Shown: positions 24,404-37,378 of the stretch, one piece after another
Layout: each line of letters starts with the position of its first letter
Position numbering within the stretch: the stretch's first letter is position 1
Source of the DNA: Octopus sinensis
Lineage: Eukaryota
Assembly: GCF_006345805.1 (NCBI RefSeq)
Contig: NW_021832239.1
Location: 1 to 61,751 of the forward strand
DNA length: 61,751 bases
Direction of reading: 5' to 3'
Made by a program: the position numbers and the translations under genes
Notes under the pieces: model-generated
What the model was told of the DNA's origin: nothing
Seen by the model: only the letters and a program-made list of their open reading frames with translations
Databases searched by the model: none

Positions 24404-24989
24404 ATATGTAAGAATTAGCACTTCCTTCTCAAGCTTGGATTCGAAATCAGACCCAAGAATCATTGGTCGTAAAATACCAATGCACAAAAAGGCGCGAAAT
24501 CAGAATCTCTTTGTTCTGACAAAAAATGATGGATCGTCTCCCTTCGACCTCTGACCCGAGCAGGTCAGGCGAAGTTTAACAGGACGACCAGCGACCTACT
24601 GTACGCAATAACACTCTTGCGGTATATCTATTTTTCTGGCTATTTGAGATGTTATAAATAGAACGGAGAAATAGGTATCTAGAGAGAACCCGAACCAACG
24701 TTTAAGAGAACACCACGCATTTATGAGGACGACGAAAGAATAATCAGAAAGGTGACTCTGTACTGCATGATTTACACACACACACACACACACACACACC
24801 ATCAAACATATTCTGCTTTAATGTGTATCATGTATTATGCATTCCTTTAATATGTATTATTTGCAACCACTATTTAATATGCATTTTGTACAAGCGATGT
24901 GTAACATTGCTTACAAATTGATGTAGTGATAATAAATCTTTAATTATTACAAAGCACTTATGTATTTATTAATACATCCACGCATCCAC

Positions 24990-25083
<94 letters not shown>

Positions 25084-25097
25084 AATATATATATATG

Positions 25098-25133
<36 letters not shown>

Positions 25134-25212
25134 ATATATATATGTACAAATATATATTATATATACAAATATATATATATATACAAATATATATATATAT
25201 ATTATATATATG

Positions 25213-25244
<32 letters not shown>

Positions 25245-25717
25245 CAAAAAAGGAACAACAAAACATCCAGATAGATGACACAAAGAAAACAGGACGGGTC
25301 ATTCTGAGTTTTCTTTCTTCAGTCGAGTTCCAGATTATCTTTGCAATTTTGGCTGGTTATACTCGAGACTGCTCCAATCTGGCCAGCCCCAAGGAAAAAC
25401 TAAGCTAAGAGCATTAGATTCCTTGAAAGAAAGCAGCAAATGTATACGAAAACAAGGACGGAAAAAAGAAAACAGAGAATGTTACACAAATACAAATAAC
25501 TGGACATAACAACAGGTGTCTTTCGACTAAGGACGAATTGAATTAAGCTGGCGTGTGTGGAAATAAAGCCTTACGGCAGGGATATAAGATTTCACAGGCA
25601 CAGGGAGCAATATAGATGTTGCAGGAGGGAGAAGCAGGATTGAAGGATTAGAAAATAAATTCAGAGACAAAGGGAAAGGTACAAGGAAGATAAACAAGGG
25701 GAAAAGGTGTGTATGTA

Positions 25718-25794
<77 letters not shown>

Positions 25795-25851
25795 GTATAT
25801 ATGTATATATATATATATATGTATATGTATATATGTATATGTATATATATG

Positions 25852-25885
<34 letters not shown>

Positions 25886-25954
25886 CATATATATATACAT
25901 ATATATATATATACATATACATATATATACATATACATATATATACATATGCAA

Positions 25955-26007
<53 letters not shown>

Positions 26008-26026
26008 TATATACATATATATATAT
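24990..26026. repeat. (TA)n tracts enclosing a ~470-bp complex insert (25245-25710)
   Basis: TA runs at 24990-25244 and 25720-26026 with a non-coding insert between them. Confidence 0.8.
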
Positions 26027-26043
26027 TCATCTTTGTATTATAT

Positions 26044-26430
26044 GCACAGAGGAGTAGCTGTGTAGGAAGTAGCTTGCTTACCAACCCAACCACATGGTGC
26101 CAGGTTCAGTCCCACTGTGTGGCACCTTGGGCAAGTGTCTTCTACTATAGCTTTGGGCTCACCAAAGCCTTGTGAGTGGATTTGGTTGACGGAAACTGAA
26201 AGAATCCCGTCATTATGTGTGTGTTGATGTATCTGTGTTTCTCCTCCCACCATCGCTTGACAACCGATGCTGGTGTGTTTACGTTCCTGTAACTTAGTGG
26301 TTTGGCAAAAGAGACTGATTGAATAAGTACTAGACTTACAAAGAATAAGTCCTGGGAGTCGATTTGCTCGACTAAAAAAACAGTGCTCCAGCATGGCCAC
26401 ACTCAAATGACGGAAGGAAAGAAAACAAAA
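26044..26430 (+). mobile_element. Family A SINE
   Basis: Matches the family A head, body and tail. Confidence 0.85.
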
Positions 26431-26737
26431 GAATACATACAGAAATACACACGTGTTTGTGTGTGAACTCTGTGGCAGGGTTGGTGTTAGGAAGTCCTAA
26501 AAACCATGCCAAAACAGCCAGGAGCCTGAGGTGGTCTTCTACCTGGCTGGCTCCTGTCAAGCCATCCGACCCATGCCAGCATGGAAGTCAGACGTTAAAC
26601 AATGATGATGATATGTGTGTGTCTGTATGTACGTACATATATACACACATATACATACTGAAATTAGAAGCATTAGAGCTAACCAACTTTAAGTATTACA
26701 CTTTTTTCTAGAACAAAGTTTACGTATCATCAACCTC

Positions 26738-26848
26738 ATCATTATCATCATCATCATTGTCATTATCATCATCATCATCATCATCATTATATCATCATCA
26801 TAATTATTATTGTTGTGGTTTTTGTTGTTATTGTTGTTATAATTATTA

Positions 26849-26889
<41 letters not shown>

Positions 26890-27250
26890 GCTATTATTAT
26901 TGTTATTATTGCTATTACTACTACTACTATTATTATTATTATTATTATTGTTATTGTTACTACTACTATTATTATTATTGTTATTATTACTACTACTATT
27001 ATTATTATTATTATTGTTATTACTACTATTGCTATTACTACTACTACTATTATTATTATTATTATTGTTATTATTACTACTACTACTACTACTACTATTA
27101 TTATTATTATTATTGTTATTATTACTACTACTACTACTACTATTATTATTATTACTATTATTATTATTATTACTACTACTACTACTATTATTATTATTAT
27201 TACTACTACTACTATTATTATTATTATTATTATTATTATTGTTGTTGTTG
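26738..27250. repeat. (CAT)n/(TAT/TAC)n microsatellite
   Basis: Seen directly. Confidence 0.95.
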
Positions 27251-27443
27251 TAAATTGTGAAACTGGGTTGGTTCATTTGCTTTCTGGATAAGATCCAGAA
27301 CAGAAGAAGAATTGGTGTCTTAAAAGCATTCCTGCAGCAGGGTAGGAATGACTCGCTGGCTGGCTTGGCGGCGGGCTTGGTGACTGGCTTGCTGGCCGGT
27401 TTGACGGCTGGTGCTTGTTGTGGTTATTGGAAAGATACCAAAG

Positions 27444-27546
<103 letters not shown>

Positions 27547-27839
27547 AGTGAACGTAGAATTCCCCCCAGGAGAATGGTAAAGAAAAAACTACATAGAATC
27601 TTTCGTTTCCAATAGACTTTACAAATAGAAACGGGGGGGGGGGAGAGAGTGAGAGGTGGGGGAAGAGACGAGAAGAGAAGCATAAAGAGGTGGGAGGGGG
27701 TAAGGGGGAAAGGGAGAGAGAAGCGAAAAGAAAGAAGGGGCAGGGGGGAAAGAACCATTTTTGGGGGGAGGAATTAGATAAGGAAGCAGAAATGGATTAG
27801 AGCGAAATTGCCATATATACTCGTGTATACCCCCATCAT

Positions 27840-28124
27840 ACATACATATATATATATGTATATCTGTGTGTATATATATGTGTGTATATATATGTGTATA
27901 TATATATGTGTGTGTGTGTGTATATATATATGTATATATATGTATATATGTATACACATATATATATGTGTGGTATATATGTATATATATATATATATGT
28001 GTGTGTGTATATATATGTATATATATATATGTGTGTGTGTGTATATATATGTATATAATATATATATATATATATATATGTACGTATGTATATATATATA
28101 TGTATATATACACACACACATATA

Positions 28125-28162
<38 letters not shown>

Positions 28163-28190
28163 GTATGTATATATATGTATATATACACAC

Positions 28191-28226
<36 letters not shown>

Positions 28227-28285
28227 GCAGACTTATATAAATACATTTATACACACATGCATATAGATGTACATATATATACACA
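27840..28285. repeat. (TA)n/(TG)n microsatellite
   Basis: Seen directly. Confidence 0.95.
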
Positions 28286-29119
28286 CTCTTTCACACAGAT
28301 TGATTTTGTATTTTGATGTTACGTGCAAAATATATCAGCGTCAGATATGGTGAACCTCCGGGTGTGTACTTACTCATATGGGAAGTTTTAAAAATTATTA
28401 TATTTTGATATGTGGGGGACCCTACAATATATCTGTATACGTATCTATGTATATACGTACATATGTATGTCATTTTTCAGATTTATTTCAAGATTTATTT
28501 CCAATAGAGAAAGAGCCCATTTCTCACCTAGATCCAAGGCTCCTTCATTGGAATTTCAACAACATCAACAGGGTATGTTCGTATGTATGTATGTATGTAT
28601 ATGTGCAGATTTGTATGTCTTCTCATGCATATACTTGCATGTTTAGACATGCTTATATATACTTAAATAAGGAATTTCTGGAAAGTTTTACAGATTTTTA
28701 CAGTTCCGGTGATGGACTGGATCTGTAGTCTTCAAATCAGCTTTCTCCTTTCTGGTTTAGAGAAGCCTGATGAAGTCCTCAGTCAAACCATCCAACCCAT
28801 GCCTGCATGGAAAGCGAACATTAAATGATGATGGTGATGATGATGATGATGATATATATATATGATAGGCTTCTTTCAGTTTCCGTCTACCAAATCCAAA
28901 TCCACTCGTAGGGCTTTGGTTGGCTCGAAGCTATTGTAGAAGACACTTGCCCCAAAGTGCCACTCAGTAAGACAGAACCTGGAACAATGTGGTTGGGAAG
29001 TAAACGTCTTATCACACAGCAACACCTGCACCGAAACCCTTTCAGTTTTTGCCATCCATTTTAGAAGTTCTGTCTTTACCAGCATGAATTGTATGTTGGA
29101 TTATATCATACTTTTAATA

Positions 29120-29270
29120 TCCTTGTTTTTTCTGTGTCCCTTTCTGTAGAAGAGCGTAGGCTCGAAACGTAAAAAACTTTTTCATTTCCTGATCGTTATA
29201 CTAATACATCTGTTTGTTTGTACACCACCTGTCTTCGTCTTTTGTCTTTTACGTGAATTCTCCCCCTATA
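29120..29270 (+). mobile_element. Short repeat with minimal hammerhead-like motif (copy 1)
   Basis: ttt-CTGTAGA-A-GAGC-GTAG-GCTC-GAAAC-GTA-aaa at ~29140-29176; related copies at 29447, 47230, 47520 and a tail on - at ~40445-40493. Confidence 0.7.
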
Positions 29271-29286
29271 TATATATATCTGCGTA

Positions 29287-29446
29287 AAAACGATGTTATG
29301 CGCATGGTGGGACTGGGAAAGGATTATCGATTACGAATTGCTTGAACGGAACCAAACAGTCAACGTGGAACTCTATGTCCAACGGATGGAATGACTCAAC
29401 ACGACTAATCAAGAGAAAAGACCTAATCGGCAGCATTTGCCATGAT
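29287..29446 (+). pseudogene. mariner transposase fragment
   Basis: KTMLCAWWDWERIIDYELLERNQTVNVELYVQRME*LNTTNQEKRPNR matches the mariner KVMLCVWWD.GIIHYELL....TIN...Y..QL..L...I..KRP segment; contains an in-frame stop. Confidence 0.85.
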
Positions 29447-29630
29447 AGATCGGTAGTCACTACACACATTTTTGTCTCTCCTTGTTTTTTCTGTGCACCT
29501 TTCTGTAGAAGAGCGTAGGCTTGAAACGTAAAAGACCTTTTCTATTCCTGAGCATTATACTAATACATCTGGTTGTTTTCTACACCACCTGCCCTCATCT
29601 TTTGCTTTTTTTGTGAATTCTCCCCTCCTA
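29447..29630 (+). mobile_element. Short repeat with minimal hammerhead-like motif (copy 2)
   Basis: cttt-CTGTAGA-AGAGCGTAGGCTT-GAAAC-GTA-aaag at 29499-29534. Confidence 0.7.
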
Positions 29631-29720
29631 CATATAAATACCCTGTTGTTGATGTTGAAATTCCAATGAAGGATCCTTGGATCTTGGTTAGAAAACGGCT
29701 CTTTCTCTATTGGCAAGAAA

Positions 29721-30401
29721 TCTCTCTCTATATAAAGCTGAAGTTGTCTGTGTATGGAAGGTTTGGTAGCCTTCAACTAACACTATCTCCTCCGAGACCC
29801 TGCGCCGCAAGTTGACCAAAATTGAGAGTATGGTAGAAGAAGGCTTGCTCTTCATTCTGTAGAAGAAAAAATTCAAATTGGACCATGTTAACACCAACAA
29901 TTATTTACATCAAAAAGGTGCTTTTTTTTCTATGAAAATCCCTATTTTTTACGATTTTTTCACTGCTGTGTCGCCATTTTTCGGTGTATTTCAACCAGAA
30001 AAATCTATATATATAAAGCTGAAGTTGTCTGTGTGTGGCAGGTTTGGTAACCTTCAACTAACACTATCTCCTCCGAGACCCTGCGGCACAAATTGACCAA
30101 AATTGAGAGTATGATAGAAGAAGGCTTGCTTTTCCTTCCGTAGAAGATAAAATTCAAATCGGACCATGTTAATACCAAAAATTATATACATCAAAAAGGT
30201 GCTTTTTTTTTCTACGAAAATCCCTATTTTTTACGATTTTTTTTTTTGACTGCTGTGTCGCCATTTTTCGGTGTATTTCAACCACAAAAATGTTCACTTA
30301 AAGAGAATAACAAGCTACATAATGCAAAATTTTTTACTTTTCAAAAATTCCAATTCTAAAGAGTCGAAACAAACCCAAGCAACGTCGGGCGATACTGCTA
30401 G
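29721..30401 (+). mobile_element. Helitron subfamily 1: truncated + full unit in tandem
   Basis: Restart of TCTATATATATAAAGCTGAAG at 30004; hairpin + CTAG end at 30401. Confidence 0.88.
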
Positions 30402-30819
30402 TTTAGAAATAAAACTGAATAATGACAGATAAGGAGAGAGCAAGAGAAGAGATGTATTTGGTGAAAGACCATTGTAAAACGGTGATAAAGCGATGCTGCG
30501 GAATTGCTTGCTTGACTTTGTGAAATTACACATTCTTTATGAACGATAAACTATTCAATTATAAAATGAATTTTTTTTAAATGGTTGTAGGAAAATAGTC
30601 ATTCAACTACTTTGTGAAATGATTGTACAGAGGAAACTGAAGTTGGTGTGAGATGAAGGTGGAAATGGTGATTGATGGATGGATGTGTGGTCTGCTTCAC
30701 TCTGCGTAATTTGTGAAGTGATTTGATCTAGGTTAGTGGTTAAGGTTAGTGTTGGGGTTTAGGGTTAGGATCAGAGGGAAGGTTAGACTGCATGTTGAAG
30801 TGTAAATGGATACTAAAGT

Positions 30820-31090
30820 GGCACAGACAGACAGGTAGGAAGGCAGACAGGCAGGTAGACAGGAAGGCAGGTAGAGAGAAATATAGGTGAAAGACAGGAT
30901 GAAAGATAGGTAGGTAGACAGACAGGTAGGAGACAGATAGAGTGAGAGAGAGAAGTAGATAGACAGAGAGAGAAGCAGATAGATAGAGAGAGAGAGAGAG
31001 AGAAAGAAAAGTAGATAGATAGGTAGACAGACAGACAGATAGATAGACAGACAGACAGACTTGTAGATAGATAGATAGATAGATACAGAC

Positions 31091-31157
<67 letters not shown>

Positions 31158-31185
31158 CTGATTGATTGATTGATTGATTGATAGG
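30820..31185. repeat. (GATA)n/(GACA)n/(GATT)n microsatellite
   Basis: Seen directly. Confidence 0.95.
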
Positions 31186-31465
31186 TACAAGTATGTGTTA
31201 TGGTCAAAAAAGTTACTTCCTAAAATTTGACAGGGAAAAGCAAAATGTTATTCGTAAGTTTTCTGCAGAGAAATTTGAAGAACAGAGATTCTTAATTTTC
31301 CTTCCATTTTGTAGTAGACTTAACTTTGATGAATTTCTTTTTATTTTCGAAAATGGTAGCAAAATGTCTTTAACAACCATATTGAAGAATATATAAGTGT
31401 GTGCTCCAACATGGCCACAACCTTTGGGCTGAAACACGGAAAAGAGTTACAGAATATGTATAAAT

Positions 31466-31868
31466 AGGCGCAGGAGTGGCTGTGTGGTAAGTAGCCTGTC
31501 TACCAACTACATGGTTCCAAGTTCAGTCCCACTGCGTGGCACCTTGGGCAAGTGTCTTCTACTATAGCCTCGGGCCGACCAAAGCCTTGTGAGTGGATTT
31601 GGTAGACGGAAACTGAAAGAAGCCTGTCGTATATATGTATATATATATGTGTGTGTGTGTGTGTCTGTGTTTGTTCCCCTAGCATTGCTTGACAACCGAT
31701 GCTGGCGTGTTTACGTACCCGTCACTTAGCGGTTCGGCAAAAGACACCGATAGAATAAGTACTGGGCTTACAAAGAATAAGTCCTGGGGTCGATTTGCTC
31801 GACTAAAGGCGGTGCTCCAGCATGGCCGCAGTCAAATGACTGAAACAAGTAAAAGAGTAAAAGAGTAA
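31466..31868 (+). mobile_element. Full-length family A SINE
   Basis: Near-identical to 20958-21380. Confidence 0.92.
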
Positions 31869-32578
31869 ATAGAGGAAGAGAGGGAGAAGGAAGAGGAGTT
31901 GTGAATGAAACCAAAAGTTACATTGAAGACAGAATTCACGCAAAATTAGAATCAAGATTATTAATTAAGAGGATGAACAGGAAGAATCGTTAGCACATTG
32001 GACAAAACGCTTAACTGTATTCCTTCCGGCTCTTTAAAGTGCTGAGTTCAAATCCCACTAAGGTCAAGCTTCCTCCTTCTCTCCCTCCCCGCTCCCTCGA
32101 AAATTCCTGATCTTGTGCCAGACTTTAAAACAATATTATTATTGGTTATTTGCCACAAGCGGATGTGTGTTAATGGGGTTCTGGGAAGGAATTAGGAATT
32201 TACAATGGTTTTTTTCGATGCAAAAGTATATTCTTCGAATATCTTGACAAGGAAAGGCTTCTGAACAAACAATGTTAGAAACGGATTTACAGGATGTTAG
32301 GGGAATACACAAAGCTCAGTTACATAAACAGGAACAGCAGGGAAAGTAGGGGATACAATGTATAAAATGCATTAGAATATGATACTAATAAAACACACAC
32401 ACACACAAACACAAACATAAGGGCAAAATAGCCCAGGCTTTCTATTGTTTCCATGGCTACACTTTTGTTTGAAATACAGAAGAATTTCGCAGTACGAGCC
32501 GAGGCTTGTGTGAAGTTTTGTCTTGAAGTACAAGAAGAATTCTGCTGTACAAGCACACAAGTCGTCCCATCTTTAAGG

Positions 32579-33645
32579 TAGAGTGATCCCTCATTTATCG
32601 TGGTAGATTGGTTCTGAGACCGGCCGCAATAACTGAATTTCCGCAAAGTAGGGACACCATATTTACAGTATATATTTAACGTGTATTTGGACTTTTAAAA
32701 CCCTCCCTGTACTGTTAACAACCCACCCATTACAGTAGTCTATTAATATATTTCTTTACTACCCACAAGGGGCTAATCACAGGGGACAAACAAGAACAGA
32801 CAAACGGATTAAGTCGATAATATCGACCCCAGTGCGTAACTGGTACTTATTTAATCAACCCCGAAAGGATGAAAGGCAAAGTCGACCTTGGCGGAATTTG
32901 AACTCAGAACGTAACGACAGACAAAATACCTATTTCTTTACTACTCACAAGGGGCTAAACACAGAATCATCTCGATACAGTTAAATCTCTTCTATTATTC
33001 GGATGCTTTCCAGTCCTCCATTTCAGCTAACTTTTTCTTATCTTCAACACCAATACATCAAGCCATTCTTGAAAAGAGGTATAAAAAAAAAGTCATCAAA
33101 TTTAGCTCGTACACCTTATATGTGTCCTATTTCTATTTCTTTCCTACCCACAAGGGGCTAAACACAGAGGGGACAAACAAGGACAGACAAACGGATTAAG
33201 TCGATTACATCGACCCCAGTGCATAACTGGTACATATTTAATCGACCCTGAAAGGATGAAAGGCAAAGTCGACCTCAGCGGAATTTGAACTCAGAACGTA
33301 ACAGCAGACGAAATACTGCTAAGCATTTCACCCGGCGTGCTAACGATTCTAACAAGGACAACTGTTAAGCAATAACACTTTAGATTTAAAGAAATAAAGA
33401 TTGTTTCTGTTACAGAGGCCAGATTACAAAATAGAAAGCTGTGATTCGTCGTCTCTCTCTCCATTGCACCAATCACAGCCCGTCTTAAGTTCAAATACCC
33501 CTGTACATGCTTTTTTTGCTGTTAATATTTATTATTAATATTTTAATGGATTTAATGAAAAATTTTAGGCATTCATTTATATATATTTTTAAAATCTGTG
33601 AAGTCGTGAATCTGCGATAGTTGAACTGCGAAGTAGCGAAAATTA
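32579..33645. mobile_element. Decayed pogo/Tigger-like element interrupted by SINE-containing insertions
   Basis: Left end TAGAGTGATCCCTCATTTATCGTGG..CCGCAATAACTGAATTTCCGCAAAGTAG; right end AATCTGCGATAGTTGAACTGCGAAGTAGCGA. Confidence 0.5.
32750..33348 (-). mobile_element. Two family B SINE segments separated by a 165-bp duplicated flank
   Basis: Reverse-complement Meta-domain units at 32750-32963 and 33130-33348. Confidence 0.85.
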
Positions 33646-33752
33646 ATTTGTAAAAAGAGTAAATTGTAAGATGAGCTCAGTCATGGAACAAATTAAAGTC
33701 ATACGGCTAGGTATTACGGTATTACTTTGCTGTCTGTGAAATAGGACACATA

Positions 33753-34150
33753 ATAGCATGCTGGGCAAAATGCGTAGCCGTATTTAGTCTGGCGTTACGT
33801 TGTGAGTTCAAATTCCGCCGAGGTCGACTTTGCCTTTTATCCTTTCGGGGTCGATAAATTAAGTACCAGTTATACACTGGGGTCGATGTAATCGACTTAA
33901 TCCGCCTGTCTGTCCTTGTTTGTTCCTTCTGTGTTTAGCCCCTTGTGGGTAGTAAAGAAATAGGTATTTCGTCTGCCGTTATGTTCTGAGTTCAAATTCC
34001 TCCGAGGTCGACTTTGCCTTTCATCCTTTCAGAGCCGATAAATTAAGTACCAGTTATGCTCTGGGTTCGATGTAATTGACTTAATCCCTTTGCCTGTTCT
34101 TGTTTGTCCCCTCTGGGTTTAGCCCCTTATGGGTATTAAAGAAATAGAAA
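33753..34150 (+). mobile_element. Family B SINE dimer
   Basis: Two units; flanking direct repeat GAAATAGGACACATA at 33738-33752 and 34147-34161. Confidence 0.88.
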
Positions 34151-34464
34151 TAGGACACATATAAGGTGTACAAGCTAAATTTGATGGCTTTTTTTTTTAT
34201 ACCTCTTTTCAAGAATGGCTTGATGTATTGGTGTTGAAGATAAGAAAAAGCTAGCTGAAATGGAGAACTGGAAAGCATCCGAATAATAGAAGAGATTTAA
34301 CTGTATTGGAATGATTCATGCTGAGCATGAAAATGCTGGCAATTTGACCACAGCTCATTGCTATGTGAACAGTGTAAAGGCTGTAAAACTTGACATGGAC
34401 AAAATGCTGTGGCCTGCAGGAAGGGACACAACAGGTGTTGTGACTGTGTCCTCATTCTGAATTC

Positions 34465-35540
34465 ATTCCCACATATTTGAACAGGGGCCTTAGGCTCAAT
34501 TCAGATGGTGGCTATGTGGAGCTGCTGGTGACTGGGGTCAATACTTGGCTGGAGAGGGTTGCTGTTAGAAGGCCATATGTGTGGCAGCAGGATTTGGTTC
34601 GTTGCCATACCTGTGGACAGTGGAGGTACATGGCCTAGTGGTTAGAGCAGCGGACTCGCAGTCAAAGGATCACGGGTTCGAATCTCAGACCGGGCGATGT
34701 GTGTGTTTATAAGCGAAAACACCTAAGCTCCACGCGGCTCCGGCAGAAGGTAATGGCGAACTTCTGCTGACTCTTTTGCCACAACTTTCTCTCCCTCTTT
34801 CCTCCTGCATCTTGCAGCTCACCTGCGACGGACCAGCAAACTGTCCAGATGGGGAACCTATACGCCAAGGAAACCGGGAAACCGGTCCTTATGAGCCAAG
34901 CATGGCTCGAGAAGGAACAAACAACAACAATGTGTGTGTGTGTGTGTGTGTGTCTGGAGGCACATGACCTAGTGGTTAGAGCAGCGGACTCGCAGTCAAG
35001 GGATCGCGGGTTCGAATCTCAGACCGGGTGATGTGTGTGTTTATGAGCAAAACACTTAAGCTCCACACGGCTCCGGCAGAAGGTAATGGCAAACTTCTGC
35101 CAACTCTTCCACCACAACTTTCTCTCACTCTTTCCTCCTGCATCTTGCAGCTCACCTGTGATGGACTGGCGTCCCATCCAGGTGGGGAACCTATACGCCA
35201 AGGAAACCGGGAAACCGGCCCTTATGAACCAGGCAAGGCTCGAGAAGGAACATACCTGTGGACAGAATCAAAAGGGATTGCTGGAGAATTTTTACAACTT
35301 CACCAGCTCTGATTTCTGGCTTTCCAATAACCCTGATTGTAATCCCATGGGTTACTTTATGTAGGGGTGTGGTTGAGAAAAACACCAATTGCTCTGCCTG
35401 CAACACCAAGGCCAAACTAGTGGCCAAGATGAAATAGGTGTTCAAAGATTTTCCCAGGGACACAGTGAGGAATGCATGCTCCATACAGTGGGGCAGTCTT
35501 GAGACCATGGTCAAAGCTGAGGGTGGTTATTCTGAGTAAA
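34465..35540 (+). pseudogene. Tc1/mariner DD37D (maT-type) transposase relic split by SINEs
   Basis: PHIFEQGLRLNSD..YVELL..V.TWLERVAVRRPYVWQQD.. continues after the SINE pair as HTCGQNQKGLLENFY..FWLSNNPDCNPMGYFM..ETMVKAEGGYSE*. There are 37 residues between QQD and the third catalytic position (now G). Confidence 0.85.
34621..35250 (+). mobile_element. Two V-domain-like tRNA SINEs (family D) within one TSD
   Basis: Heads TGGCCTAGTGGTTAGAGCAGCGGACT..GGTTCGAATC; CTGTGATGGACTGGCGTCCCATCCAGG V-like domain; TSD CATACCTGTGGACAG at 34606-34620 and 35251-35265. Confidence 0.9.
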
Positions 35541-35655
35541 CTCTTCTCTCCCAGCCATAGTCTAGTCAATATTTTTATGATTTAAAAAAAAAAACTTTTA
35601 TTTTTGAATAAGATATCATATTTTCTTTTCCATTTATGCAAACTGTCAAATTTAA

Positions 35656-35957
35656 GGATCGCATGGCCTAGTGGTTAGAGCAGTGGACTTGCAGTCGAGG
35701 GATCGTAGGTTCAAATCTCAGACCGGGCAATATGTGTGTTTATGAGCGAAACACCTAAGCTCCACGCGGCTCCGACAGAAGGTAATGGCGAAACTTCTGC
35801 TGACTCTTTCGCCACAACTTTCTCTCACTCTTTCCTCCTGCATCTCGCAGCTCACCTGTGACGGACCGGCGTCCCATCCTGGTAGGGAACCTATACGCCA
35901 AGAAACCGGGAAACCGGCCCTTATGAGCTAGGCGTGGCTCGAGGAGAAACAAACAAA
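35656..35957 (+). mobile_element. Family D SINE
   Basis: TSD CAAACTGTCAAATTTAA at 35639-35655 and 35958-35974; sits in the probable right TIR of the DD37D relic (..CACTCTG|TA). Confidence 0.9.
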
Positions 35958-36353
35958 CAAACTGTCAAATTTAACCCAAACACTCTGTATGCACACACAT
36001 ATGCCATTATAAACAAAGATTTAAAACCAAAAAAAGAAAAGAAAAACAAAGTAGGACCTATTCACTCACATGCGGGTAAGAACTGGCCACTTAAGTTTCA
36101 TCAGTGTACCCAACAATTCTACCAGCTTCCGGTCTTGGTTCTTCACATCATCTCCATAATCTTCCTTCTAGCTTATTCAGTGGGTCCACCACAATTTCCA
36201 TTGTGACACCCATAAAGTCCATGTCTTGTGCAGCCCACTTCTTCATAAAGGATACCCATGCCAGGTACAGCCTAACCCGCTTTAATTCACAATCACTGGC
36301 CTTGTGTCTGTACCAGAAACTGAGTTGTCAGGATTGTTAGTGCATAAAATAAA

Positions 36354-36744
36354 TCTCTCTATATATAAAGCTGAAGTTGTCTGTGTGTGGCAGGTTTGGT
36401 AGCCTTCAACTAACACTATCTCCTTTGAGACTCTGCGGCGCAAGTTCACCAAAATTGAGAGTATGATAGAAGAAGGCTTGCTCTTCATTCCGTAGAAGAT
36501 AAAATTCAAATCAGACCATGTTAACGCCAAAAATTATTTACATCAAAAAGGTGCTTTTTTTCTATAAAATCCCTATTTTTTACGATTTTTTTACTGCTGT
36601 GTCGCCATTTTTCGGTGTATTTCAACCAGAAAAATGTTCACTTAAAGAGAATAACAAGCTACATAATGCAACATTTTTACTTTTCAAAAATTCCAATTCT
36701 AAAGGGTCGAAACAAACCCGAGCAACGCAGGGCGATACTGTTAG
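36354..36744 (+). mobile_element. Non-autonomous Helitron subfamily 1
   Basis: TC start, subterminal hairpin, TTAG (mutated CTAG) end. Confidence 0.88.
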
Positions 36745-36871
36745 TTCTTTGATATTTGTTCTGACTTGTTATATTTTGAGTTCAAATTCTAGTGCTAACC
36801 CTAACATAAGATTTAACCACAATCCTAGCCTTAAACTTTAATCCTAATCCCTAACCCTTATAACTCTAAAC

Positions 36872-37019
36872 CAGCAGTTCTCAACCTTTTTCACAACCAA
36901 GGACCCCTTTTATTTAAATGAGTTTTCTCACAGACCCCAGGATATTGAAAGGTCTGTCAGCTTAACATGTTCACGGAGCTCCAGTACTACCCTTGTGGAC
37001 TACAGATTGGGAACCACTG
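36872..37019. mobile_element. hAT (Charlie/MER5-like) MITE
   Basis: Ends CAGCAGTTCTCAACC / GATTGGGAACCACTG. Confidence 0.65.
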
Positions 37020-37044
37020 TCGCAAGCCCTCTTCCAAAACCTAA

Positions 37045-37378
37045 GGGATCTTTTCACTTTGACCGGCAGATTTAAAAAAATAATTTTTTTGTAACTAAAC
37101 ACTTTTAAACTTCGTATACTGGGAGAATGTGTTACATAAAACATCTTTTTCACTTGGCTTTCTTAAGAAAATTCGGTAGTTTGTAAGATATTTGTTGTTA
37201 AATTTCTCGTATTTCGGCAATTTCAACCAATCAATGACGTCTATTGAGGTGAATACAATTACCAAAGCCAAGAGAAAAAGATGTTTTAAGTGACACATTC
37301 TACCAGTATACGAAGTTTAAAAGTGTTTAGTTACGTAGAAATTATGTTAAAAACTGCCGTTCAAACCGAAAAGATCCC
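37045..37378. mobile_element. GGATC-family MITE, foldback subtype
   Basis: GGGATCTTTTC / GAAAAGATCCC with long inverted arms; TAA on both flanks; lies within degenerate CCCTAA repeats. Confidence 0.85.

Noticed and set aside
32320-32646. 108-aa ORF or possible plus-strand exon 32480-32577
   Set aside because: The ORF overlaps the end of a pogo/Tigger-like relic, the apparent donor is formed at the element terminus, and no domain is recognisable.
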